DNA of 64,000 bases. Origin: Laetmonice hystrix. Its lineage: Eukaryota. Where the stretch lies: positions 35,590,001 to 35,654,000 of the forward strand of contig OZ249436.1 in NCBI GenBank assembly GCA_965235115.1, given 5' to 3'. The notes beneath the pieces were generated by a model, which worked only from the letters and a program-made list of their open reading frames with translations, was not told where the DNA came from and made no database searches. Each line of letters opens with the position of its first letter. Position 1 is the first letter of the stretch. The position numbers and the translations under genes are program-made. Shown in pieces: positions 39,615 to 51,203 of the stretch.

Positions 39615-40124
39615 ACTGTATTATTCGGCCTAACTGTGTTGTTTGCTTGGGTATTAGGGCAGCCATTACCATGCAGGGACTCCTCACTGTACTGTTTGGC
39701 CTCCCTGTACTGTTTGGCCTCACTGCACTGTTTGACCTCACTGTACTGTTTGCTTGGGTACAAGGGCAGCCTCACTGTACTGTTTGGCCTCCCTGTACGG
39801 TTTGGCTTCACTGTACTGTTTGCTTGGGTACAAGGGCAGCCAGTACCATGTAGGGACGCCTCACTGTACTGTTTGGCCTCCCTGTACGGTTTGGCTTCAC
39901 TGTACTGTTTGCTTGGGTACAAGGGCAGCCAGTACCATGTAGGGACGCTTCACTGTACTGTTTGGCCTCCCTGTACGGTTTGGCTTCACTGTACTGTTTG
40001 CTTGGGTACAAGGGCAGCCAGTACCATGTAGGGACGCCTCACTGTACTGTTTGGCCTCCCTGTACGGTTTGGCTTTACTGTACTGTTTGCTTGGGTACAA
40101 GGGCAGCCAGTACCATGTAGGGAC
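39612..40124. repeat. 89-bp minisatellite built from 18-bp subrepeats
   Basis: ctcactgtactgtttggcctccctgtacggtttggcttcactgtactgtttgcttgggtacaagggcagccagtaccatgtagggacg recurs at about 39771, 39860, 39949 and 40038, with more degenerate copies upstream. Confidence 0.92.
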
Positions 40125-40239
40125 TTGGGTATCTTTGTTCGGAGTGTGGTCATTTAATATGTTAATGAGGCGTGAGTCATTTTTGAGATCATGAACAGAA
40201 CGTTGTTTCAATGTTTGGTACGACTAGAACTAGGTGTAC

Positions 40240-41600
40240 ACGTTTTCTATGGTGTGATTTGTACCGCCAAGCCCATTAAAAACTGAGCTGAGAAAACTGT
40301 AGTTTTTAAAATTTTCTCGGGGAGGGCCTCCGACCCTGCTTTATTAAAATGTAGTCTATGACTTTCACAATCCGAGGAGGTATTTGTAGGCAAGAGATTA
40401 TTAAAAGCTGTATGGAAATCGCCCAGTCGGGGGCAAATTGTCGGATGGTCGTCGCCAAGGGTCCCGATCAATTTCCCATCACAAAATGTATGCGGACGTG
40501 TGAATTTCGGCGGTATCTTATTTCTCGCAAATGTTTACGCCGGAATGATGAGTTCATGAACACGCATGTTGTTCGTACCGACTCGGCAGTGTTCACAAAC
40601 AAATATCCGTTCTTGCCCAAACGTTCGCCAACAATGTTCGACGCAATTGGTTGCCATGTATAGTGTATACCTCCGAATAGTGTCTGCCTTGCATCGACCA
40701 ATCACCAATACACAATAGAGAGTGGCAGCCACCATGGAAGATGTCGCACAAAATTGAAGGGTTGGGCTAATATTATCTCGCAGCAGATATAGGCCTAACC
40801 TTCCTCGTGTCGGTACCGCTTTTACAGCATTATGTCGGCCACTCTGCTCCAAGCCATTGAATTTAATATAGTCGAATCTAACAGATTCTCGATAATTCTT
40901 TAACAAGATTTTGAAAAGCACGCAGTTTTTTTCGCCGAGGACAAAACTGCCGGAACAACTTTTCTGTCTTGCAAGTTGCATGGAGACCTCCATTTTACAG
41001 GACCTTTCCAATGCCAATGGTGACGGAACGGACTTTGGTACGGCGTCTGTTGTCGTGTTGATCACGTTCGTTTTTGTTGGTAGTGTAGGTCCAGCATACT
41101 ATACTAGGCCTATGGCCTTATATATAACATCTTTATTCATACACACATTAAGAACAATGCTGTACACACATATTCATATACAATATTTAATAAGAAGTAT
41201 AGATTAAACCTACAGGAAAAGTTCATCACTAACGTACCTTTGAAAAATACCGTATGGGTCATGCGCTATTTTCACACGCGTTACGCCGCGACTGGCTTCA
41301 TGGGAGTCACTCACTCACTGACTGTGTACTCTTACCGGTGACAGCAGACACCTTTCTCTCTCTCTCTTCACACCCTTATTGGGGCATGTTAACAAATACA
41401 GAGTTTGTGTGCGGCTATAGTTTGCAACCAATCGTCGATGAATCTGTTGCCATCTTGCTTCGAATTGAATTAGCGGAGACGTCATGGGCAGGTTTCTGGT
41501 AAAAGTGGTATCGCGGCGGTTCTTGAATAGCGGCCCTCTGGTCGGGAATCTGCGTGGTTCGTTCCGCCTGGCGGTCACATAACAATCCGTGGACAAGTAG
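40240..41600 (-). mobile_element. Possible highly decayed hAT transposase remnant
   Basis: Fragments on the minus strand occur in the expected order: DWL..YS...SVF (TTF zinc-finger-like, about 41400-41440), GCHSLLCIGD (about 40700-40735), and LLPTNTSSDCE..F.K...ILK.......LMGLAVQI resembling the hAT dimerisation domain (40250-40400). Many frameshifts. Confidence 0.35.
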
Positions 41601-41765
41601 GGCAGACACGCAGACGAAGCCAGGGGGAGAATGTCTAGCTACATTTCAGTTGATTATTTCTATATTAAAGACCAGACCATCACAGAATTGTAGGTAGGAA
41701 CAAGCTTGTTCATGCTGAACACCCTTATATTGATAGTGTGAACTTTTCCTGTAGGTTTAAGATGT

Positions 41766-43010
41766 TTACAGTGTGGTAATGTAGTTTAAAATATCACAGA
41801 TTTCATCTTGACTAAAACCTTGAACACCTTCGTTCAACTCCTTAATCATTTGCGCAGTTCTCATACATTCATCGTTTTCATTTACATCATACATATATTT
41901 CTCATAAGTAATAGATCCACTCTTGTTTTTAAGAAGTATAGTTTTACATACATTCATTTTTCTACATATAAAACTAATATTTGTTGCTTAAAAAATCCTT
42001 CTATTATCCTTTCTTGACAATTTGGCTAAGAAGGAGAGTTTGCTGTTAGAGCTCATTTCCATGTATGTATGCATTTCCAGAAATTTTCTAAATATTATAT
42101 CCCAGACGTGTATACCTTCATTTAGTGCACATAAATATATAGTGTACGAATCATAAGGTAGATTTTTCTGATTGCCCTGTTCCAAGTGGAGATCATTCTC
42201 TCTACATTCTTAACATTGAGATTCCACGCTTGGACACCATATAAATGAGTACAATACGAGCTTAATAATTTCATTAGAACCTCAGGTTTTGCATCACAAT
42301 ACTTTATTAGCAAGCCATTAGTTCTGCCAATAAAACTACCTTGTTTGCGTCGTATTTCATTTGCCCCACATAAATCGGACCTGATGTAGTTTCCTAAATC
42401 TTTAACACACTCTGCCCACGACAGCGCTTCTTTATTAAGCAACATCTCTGTTCTCTTTGGTTAGACTCTACTAAATTTGATACATACAGTTTTCTTTGGA
42501 TTGTATATCACACTGTATTCTTTTCCGAATTCTTCACATATGTGCAGCATATTCTTAGACCTTTTATACTAGGACACAGCTGTTTGAAATCATCTGCATA
42601 TCCCAAACATCCATAAAATTCATGCCCAACATGATATCCAATTCCAGATTTCTTCAGTCTCATGACGAGTTCATCAACATAGACTGCGAAAATTAATGGT
42701 GATGCATATATGCCCCCTTGCCTTACTCCGTTTGAGCTGGAGAAATACTCTCCGTGTTCATTATCCCAAACTGTCCTACTTTTTTGTCGAACATACATAT
42801 CCATAAATAATCTTATCATAATTGGATGCATTTGCCTTTTTATTAGCAACTTTTCAATTTTTCATATTTTATACGGTCGAACGCTTTTGATGCGTCGATA
42901 AAACAGCCATATACCTTTGAGTCTCTATTCCAATAGTAGTTTACAACCTCCTTCAATGCAAGAGAACTCATAACTGTTGAGTGTTTCTGTTTGAATGAGA
43001 ACTGTAGTCC
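41766..43010 (-). mobile_element. Decayed non-LTR retrotransposon reverse transcriptase fragment
   Basis: NGVRQGG..SPLIFAVYVDEL...LKKSGIG......GCLGYADD (42508-42849), followed by VKDLG and YCTHLYGVQAW (42122-42445). Broken by frameshifts. Confidence 0.9.
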
Positions 43011-43344
43011 GGATTTCTAGGGATGTTTCTATGCACAGGGCTTCTTTAAAACAAGACCAGAGTTAACAGGGGTGGCCGATACGTAGTGCAGCGTCGTCAG
43101 GAGTGGGCGTGACATTCCCCGCCAATAATTTTGACATCACCCTTTTATTTTACTGTGATTTTGAGATTAAAGGATGGAACCCATTTTGTTAGACAGGGGA
43201 GGCCAACCAGGAAAAAATTGCAGAGTGAAATTCCACCTTTTAATCTAAAATCGCATGGACGTCGCAAGGAAAATCGCCTTAGGGGGCCCAGTGGATCAGG
43301 TCCTTCGTTCAATATGTAGGGTCAAAGCTTTCGGCACTTCAAAG

Positions 43345-43630
43345 GCATTCAGACCAGGAACAAACCAACGTGAGTAGTATGAGTAGTAGGAAGTCGTCAC
43401 ACTTAGACATTCACACCAGGAGCAAACCTTCATGATTTATAAGTATAGGAAATTACCAGACTTTGACATTCACACCAGGAACACACCTTCATGAGTAGTA
43501 TATGAAGTTACCAGACTTTGACATTCACACCGGAACACAACTTAATGAGAAGTATAGGACGTTGCCATTCACACCAGGAACACACCTTCATGAGTAGTAT
43601 AGGATGTTACTAGACTTTGACATTCACACA
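43345..43630. repeat. Degenerate tandem repeat of about 55 bp (about 5 copies)
   Basis: cattcacaccaggaacacaccttcatgagtagtatagga..ttaccagactttga recurs. Confidence 0.8.
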
Positions 43631-45114
43631 AGGTTTGTGTGTGAATATGGGAGTTCCTAGCCGTGCGTATGCAATAATAAACGTAATAACGCAATGGTGC
43701 CATAAAACACGTGACGGGATGAGGGATCTTCACTGCGGGAAATTATGGAACAAGATGCCTGGTACATGAATACAGCACGAAGCACAGGAGGTGGAGTACC
43801 GTATTCATACGCCTATCAGTGTGCAGACTCTGTATACCATATTTCAGCTCATCAAATACAATTACAACCTTCATCACACAGGAACAAAATGTCAGGCTTG
43901 TCCAACGTCTCAACTTTTACTTCGTCAATGTCTTCTTTATATTCTTCTTCATGCCGAAAGTTTCATCTTCTGTGAAAGTCTACTTCTAGCCTCACTTCAA
44001 AATATTTCTTCATTTCATTTCTTCGTCTCATTCTTCGCCATCCCTTTTAATCATCTTGTTGAAATCTCAGGCCCGTAGCCAATGTGCATGCACCCCCCCC
44101 CCCCCGCACCGCCCCCCCCCCCTAACTTCACAGAGTTGCAAGCACTCACTCAGTGGACTAGGCCTACCCTGAACACCCCCACTCTACAGTCCAATCTCTC
44201 CCTAACTTCAAACAGTTATTTTATGCTCCAAAATGCACCACATGTCACCAAAATACACGTTAAATTTCGCAATTTTCGGGGGAGGAAGGATGCCCTGGAC
44301 CCCCTAGCTATAGCTTCGCTCGTGTACATCTATAAGTCCTACTAGTACTTGGCGTATGTGGCGTTCGCGGACTATTGGGGGGGGGGGGGGGGTACGTCGG
44401 GTGTCTCCCACAGTCCTGTTCCTAAATGTTGACAGCCAGGGTCGTATAGCTGGCTTGGTGGTGTGGGGGGGGGGGGTGGAGCAGTGAAACCCTAGAAAAT
44501 TGTAATATAACTTTGTCAAAACTCGCCTGCAAACTGGCTGGGATCGGTGGTGGTATCATCGAAAGTGGCCCAGCAGGATTTTCATTTCGGTCAGAAAATT
44601 GATCTCCAGATGCCGGGAAATAGCGTTTTGTGGCCTTCCGAATTTTTCCTCGGACCCGAAGCCACATAAACGGCTCACGCCTTTGGCGCTCGCTGAGTTT
44701 TACCTATAGGCCTATCTCTTCACGCCCCCTTTCTCAAACGCCTGGATCAGTTTCCCAATTTTGTTCTTTACCTGAATTTATGTAGTATTCTCTTCACAAT
44801 ATCTTAATAGTGTAAGTCCATTCCTTTGCAGATTAGACCTAATTGTCCCACAGCGGTCAATGCTTTCTAAAAGTCTTCAATGGATTATCATAGACATGCA
44901 AAAACCTCTTCTTTTCTCAACAGATTTATATCTTGCACACTGTGGAAGGCGGATTTAAGGGCGGCGCGCACCCCCTTATTCTTAAATTTGTTAAAATGCG
45001 TTATTCAGGTCTATAGTATAAAACCTTGGCTTGCAGATGCCAAGGAAACGCGTATTTGGCACTATAATTTTCATTTTTTCTGACCCCCGCCCAAGGCTTC
45101 ACGCTTTTCGGTGC

Positions 45115-45690
45115 TCGCATGGGAGCATTCGGGATTCCCTCGGGCATATGACGTCCTTTCTGCATATACCCTCGGGTGAAATGGGCGCCATTGGCAACCA
45201 GATACATGGCGAAATCGACCTGTGTAGCGAGGCACTGAGTGAACCGTCATATCCCATCGAGCCAGGAAGTAGTGCATTATTGACCACTGCTCCTTCGGCG
45301 TTGTATGTGCAAATATAAATTTCTGGTATGAAGGGGAACGTTTTAAGAAGAAACATGAATCACCTAATTTACCTAAATCGGCATGATACGGTAATTTATC
45401 AAATTATGGGAAGAAATATGGCCGCGCCCAGGAACGACAACAGAACGACACATGGTAGGGCATGAACATGATACTATCGTGATATTGACCACTAACTTTG
45501 GGGAAAGCACTGTAGGCCTATTTTAGTTGCTTCCATGCCTGATCAATGCAGGCAAAATGCTGCAAGCACTGCCATGCTGGCGAGAGTCCCGGCTAAATGT
45601 ACCCGCGATGCAATGTTCAAAATGGCGCCTATTTCACCCGAGGCTACTTTCGAAGATATGGCCGAGGATTCCCGAATGGCATGGGAGGTG
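45115..45690. mobile_element. Old inverted-repeat element (MITE-like)
   Basis: cattcgggattccctcgggcata..cctcgggtgaaatgggcgccatt (about 45127-45192) is the imperfect reverse complement of aatggcgcctatttcacccgagg..tatggccgaggattcccgaatg (about 45620-45678). Confidence 0.5.
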
Positions 45691-45973
45691 CGCCCTCCTC
45701 CCCAAATTCCAGATTCCGCCCGACTGCCTCCCCCCCCCCCCCCCCCAAAAAAAAAACAACAAATTTCTAGCTATGGCCCGACAACCCTGACAAAGCTGAA
45801 TGCAAGAAGCTAGGTGGGAACATACTTCGTCTAGCAGATTGCTAAATGTTCCCTCCCTTCCCCATTGTTTTTCGTTACGTTGGTAAACACCTGTACCTCC
45901 CAAATTTGGTCACCTCTAGAGACAACAGAAAGCCTATGGCTACGGGCCTGAACCTCGATCTATTACGCTGGGG

Positions 45974-48421
45974 TTAGACTGCACTTTTTGAAGTAGAACA
46001 TGTGGGAAAGTGGGAGTCATCCTCAACACTTTTCTCAATAATATGGATAGTGGTTTTAGGTCGGTCTACAGTAGTCGAATAGGGTGCTTCTGGGTTACTC
46101 TCAAGCAGTTTCTCCATGCATTTGGTTATTCCGAGGATGCGGAAATAGGCATAACGAAAGTTTTTGTTTGTGACTCCGTACAGAATGCTGTTCAGGCTCG
46201 AATTAGTGTGGGCTATGAGGATGGAGAATATGTGCAGTTCCTGTGGGTAGCTGTCCTTGTGATCGGCCACCACAATAACGGCATACGGGGACCAGCAGAC
46301 GGCAAACACAACGAATATGAGAAACAGCGTGCGCGCCAGACTCCGCGATTGTTTCTCGCTGTCGACGCTCTTGCGGTCCGCGACGTTGTTGTCAACTGTG
46401 GCTCCAACCTTCTTTTTACTGTCGCGTACGTGCTTGAAAATGAGGCAGTAACAGACGCTGATGAGGAATACCGGAAACGCGACGCCAACCGAGGAGAAGA
46501 AGACAGTGTAGGAGAAATCAGCCGTTCGATCCCAGACGCAGGAAAGAGTCTTACGGTCGTAAACGTGATCGCCCCATCCAAGGAAGTTTGGCATTTCGGC
46601 GAGAAAGCTGATCGTCCACAGTCCAAAACACATGAGGAGCGTGTTTCGAAAAGTGTATAACTTTTGATAGAGGTGATGGTGGCAGATGTGGATGTAACGG
46701 TTGAGAGAGATGGCCCCGATTGAAAGCAGCGAGCAGAAACAGGAGGTCAGGCACAGACTGGCGATGAACTCGCACAGAGCTGGTCGCTCTTCAAACCACA
46801 GTTCACCACGCACGATGCCTGAAACACAGACCAACAGCTGAAACACATTCGACCAACCAGAAAAGTTGTTGGATTCAGTAGAAGAACCCGATCTTCCATT
46901 TTGCTATTAGAAGCGGATTCATCTTTATTTTTCCTGGGAATTCCAGATTAAAATACACTGAACTGCAACTGCATGGTACTGCATGTCGTGTTTCTTCAAA
47001 TATATACAGTCGGCTTTCCGCTATTGCATTACGGCGCGAGGTCAAGACACTTTTATGCCGTGATAACATGTCCCAGACGACTAGGACAGCATATCTTCTA
47101 GCGCCATAACAACGTCATGAGATTTTCTTTTGAGCACGTTGGTCTTACGTGAATCATTGTACCATTACTTGGTCCATGAAAGTGCATTATATTATTCATT
47201 TAATGTAGCCACAAATAAAGTATTTTGATAAGTGTATGTGTAGGCCTATAAGTGATTAAAAGAGACGCTCAAGTATAGGCATTCATTCATCAACCAGCAC
47301 ACATAAAAAATAACTAACTACTTAATTATACGTTGGCCTATATAATTACATTTTTCTGATGGTAATTCTTAACTTTGTTAAACGGATGTTCACTTCTTCA
47401 AATTCGGCTCGTTCGAATGTTTACAAACACAGCCAGTTTATGCATTCATTTCATTTACATTTCCAATTTAAGGTACTGCTTTCCTGAGATTTGCGGCCTT
47501 GGCCAAGCCTTAGCCAGATGTGGTCTTAAGTACTAGTATTTATAAACATCAATCCTACGTCTGAGGCACTGGTTGATAGATATGCCTTTCTATATGGTCC
47601 CATTTTAAAGATGGCAAGAGATAAAAGCTCACCGATGATGCTGAAGGGATCGACAACCGCCGTAACACTAAGGTCTGCTATTGCCAAATTGACGATAAAC
47701 ATATTACCGACTGTTCGCAGGTTCTGAAATATGGAGGTAAACCAATAAACTGTATTTCAGACAATAATTTTGAGGAAGGATTTGAATCCAGGATTTATTA
47801 ATCCTCATCGTGTTCAAAGTCAAACTTTTTTTTACCACTTCCATTTGTCATAACGGTGTTATGACGAATAGAAGTGGTAAAAAAAGTTTGACTTTGAACA
47901 TTATTAACATGACAAATATACCAATTTCAAAAGCTCTTAACAAAAAAAACTAACCCGGTGAGGTATTATTTTTTCTGAATTTTGAAAGAGGTTTATCTTT
48001 TTTTTAAATCTGTCTCGAAAAAATGTTTGGCCTCACACTAGCACTTGCCCTTAAAGGGACATTGTGTAAGGGGCTGGTGGTGGCATGGGTCAGCTAGCCC
48101 CCCCCCCCCCTCCCCCGCGCGGTTCAACTACTGCTTTCATCAGTGACTATATGTACACTTCATAAAAATTAGTCACAGTCAACGAATTACGAGATAAATA
48201 GAGCGAGACTTTAAACGTCTGATTATAGGCTAATTCTAATGTACCAATTGGAGACTTAAAGGTGCCATGCAACCTACCTTATCAATCATGACTGCGGCAA
48301 TAACAAGGCAGTTTCCAACCGTTCCCAACAAGGTGGCGATGCAAATGATGGTCAGGTAGGGAACCGCAATGCCAGAGTGCTCGTAGATATAGTTGGGTCC
48401 GATTTGATAGCCCGTCTCCAT
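45974..48421 (-). CDS. Class A GPCR, melatonin-receptor-like (3 coding exons, 359 aa)
   Basis: Exons 48421-48278 (TM1, GTVGNCLVI), 47723-47633 (NLRTVGNMFIVNLAIADL) and 46818-45974 total 1080 nt in frame with GT-AG. TM3 SLNRYIHICH (NRY in place of DRY), TM6 FAVCWSP, TM7 NSSLNSILYGVTNKNFR, resembling melatonin receptors (NRYCYICH, NSCLNAIIYG..N.NFR). Confidence 0.92.
47811..47900. repeat. 90-bp near-perfect hairpin in GPCR intron 1
   Basis: Arms of about 43 bp (tgttcaaagtcaaac...gtcataac / gttatgac...gtttgactttgaaca), 3-nt loop, 2 mismatches and 1 bulge. Confidence 0.85.
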
Positions 48422-48957
48422 CTTTATTTCTGAGGTCGAATATTATGTTCTAATTTTTTGGAAACCGAAAAAAGCACAGCTGTGAAAATACAGCAAACAT
48501 ACATGCCAATTGCGGAGTGTCTACTGCCAAAGTACTTTGGGTGGAAGACGACCAAAACGCTATTGTCAAAGTACCAATCAGAAACTTTGTTACATTATGA
48601 CCTAGATTCTTTGGCGCCAAGACTAGGACCAGGAGGTGCCATCTTGACTAGTCCTGCTGTAATGAAGCTGGGTGACACTTTTTTTTCGACGGACCATAGC
48701 TTTTCTGAGGCATTTGACCAGTACAAGCAGGGTCAGAATGTTGTTTATCACATATACGCCTCAGAAACTGTGAAGACGTATCTAAAAAAACACCCAGGAA
48801 GACAAGACATACGGATCCCAGAGGGGATAAGGTTAGTTCATTTCTACATTATTTGACATGATTAACGGTAACTCAGAGCGAAGTTAAAATCATTTTGGCA
48901 TGATTGTTACAGGGGTGCAACAAGGCCAGACCTTAGCTATTACAGATGTGATTATGA

Positions 48958-49822
48958 TACGCCCTACCCCTTGCTGCCACAGTACTTTGGCAATAACAAT
49001 GCAGCCTAACCCCCTACCTCTTGCTACCACATTACTTTGGCAATAACAATGCAGCCTAACGCCCTACCCCTTGCCGCCACAGTACCTTGGCAATAACAAT
49101 GCAGCCTAACCCCCTACCCCTTGCTGCCACAGTTACTTTGGCAATAACAATACAGCCTAACCCCCTACCCCTTGCTGCCACAGTACTTTGGCAATAACAA
49201 TAGAGCCTAACGCCCTACCCCTTGCTGCCACAGTACCTTGGCAATAACAATACAGCCTAACGCCTTGCCCCTTGCTGCCACAGGACTTTGGCAATAACAA
49301 TGCAGCCTAACCCCCTACCTCTTGCTACCACATTACTTTGGCAATAACAATGCAGCCTTAAGCCCTACCCCTTGCTGCCACAGTACTTTGGCAATAACAA
49401 TGCAGCCTAACCCCCTACCTCTTGCTACCACATTACTTTGGCAATAACAATGCAGCCTTAAGCCCTTCCCCTTGCTGCCACAGTACTTTGAGAATAACAA
49501 TGCAGCCGAACCCCCTACCTCTTGCTACCACATTACTTTGGCAATAGCAAAACAGCCTAACCCCCTACCCCTTGCTGCTTCAGTACTTTGGTAATAGCAA
49601 AGCAGCCTAACCCCCTACCTCTGGCTACCACAGTTACTTTGGCAATAACAATACAGCCTAACCCCCTGCCCCTTGCTGCCACAGTACTTTGTCAATAACC
49701 ATGCAGCCTAACGCCTTGCCCCTTGCTGCCACAGTACTTTGGCAATAGCAATGCAGCCTAACCCCCTACCTCTTGCTACCACAGTACTTTGGCAATAGCA
49801 ATGCAGCCTAACGCCTTGCCCC
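48958..49822. repeat. 50-bp minisatellite, about 17 copies, with a palindromic core
   Basis: Unit cccctaccccttgctgccacagtactttggcaataacaatgcagcctaac. Confidence 0.95.
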
Positions 49823-51203
49823 ACAGGCTGTTTTACTGTAACTCGCGAAGGAAGTTCTGAAAGGCTTTTTTTCAAGGTTACACAGTTTCGCATGTTAATT
49901 GGCATCTCCAAATTATATAGGCCTACATGTATATAAGTAGGCCTACATTACCTTGACTACGTCAGCAAACTACGAGTATACCTTTTGCTTTTACACCTAA
50001 GATTTTCTCCACATCGCCAGTTGTAATTCTCTATGTCCAATGTGAAGGGTCGTTGGCAATAAAGCTCATGTTCAAAATAGTACCACTTGACTTCCTGACT
50101 TTATTCTGTCAATAAACGTTACGTTAAGACAGCGTCACCTGACAAAGTACTTCGCCATCAAAAATGTCCCTGTGTGTCATGACAAAGTGTGTCAAAACTA
50201 AATCTCAGGTCCAAAGATTTCATGTTTCCAGACAAAAGGGACGTTGGCTCAGTAGGTCATGCTTAGAAATTGTAGTATAGGCCTAATCACACTTTTTCCT
50301 GTCAAAGTAGGCCTACTTTGGTATTAAAAACCGTATTGATACAGGGCGGATGCGGGATTTAGGAAGGGGCGGGGTTAAGGGAAGAATTTTGGGGGGAGGG
50401 GAGTAGTCATGGACAATTAAGACCGTTCAATGGTGAAAAAAAGACAAAATTGGCTAGGGGGGTTAACTCCCTACCCCCGGATCCGCCACTGATATAACGC
50501 GGTAATAGTCTGAACGTCCCCTGACAACTTTTGTGCTTTCACACTTCAGTGCATGTGTACCCATAGACTTTGGTAACAGCGCTTCCAGACAAAGTTCTTC
50601 GCCCACATGTGCAATAAGAGTTCCTGATAAAGTTGCTGACAAAGTACTTTGATACTGAAGCCCACGGCCGATCTTCTGCACAATCGTGTGGCTTTATAAT
50701 GCGGACACAGTACTTTGTTACATGCATCAACCCCGAGTTGACCGTATACAGTCATGTTTCTTGCTTCCAAAGTACTTTGGCAGGATCAGGCAACAAGCAG
50801 TTTGTAAGCCAGTCGCCCATTGTTACTTTGGCAGCAATTACCCTGGCTTGTTACTGCCAAAGTAGAAATACTGTATTTTGATTGGTACTTTGGCAATAGC
50901 CTTTTGGTGGTCTTCCGCCCAAAGTACTTTGGCAGCAGCCATTGCCTTTAAATTGTTGGTCAGTAGTTGATCAATATGTTGGTCGTAGGTACTACACTTC
51001 AGCCCCCCCCCCTTTTAATATGGGCGGGGGGGGGGGGGCGCTATCGCCCCCCTGTCCCCGGTTCCTACGCCTATGTACAGAAAGGTCAAAAAACCTCCAC
51101 ACTGCTTCCCGTCTGGCCTACAGCGAAGCTGGCATGCATGCTTGGTGTGGTTGGCTATCTTACCAGAGAGATTAGTTCGACTCGACTACGAATATAGGAG
51201 ATA

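Noticed and set aside
39364..40211. Repetitive ORFs such as (VEIISTS)n and YPSKQYSEAKPYREAKQ
   Set aside because: By-products of the 21-bp and 89-bp tandem repeats; open in several frames and strands with no splice or start context.
46010..46775. ORFs of 216, 137 and 74 aa overlapping the GPCR exon
   Set aside because: Antisense or alternative-frame shadows of the GPCR coding exon.
45974..46818. GPCR as an opsin
   Set aside because: The TM7 position equivalent to the retinal-binding lysine is His (IAHTNSSLNSILY).
48458..48856. 132-aa + strand ORF head-to-head with the GPCR
   Set aside because: TTG start, no recognisable domain, and it overlaps the GPCR 5' region and degenerate repeat motifs.
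48958..49822. CRISPR-like array (regular palindromic repeats)
   Set aside because: The sequence between palindromes is itself repeated (no unique spacers), there are no cas genes, and the context is eukaryotic; it is a minisatellite.
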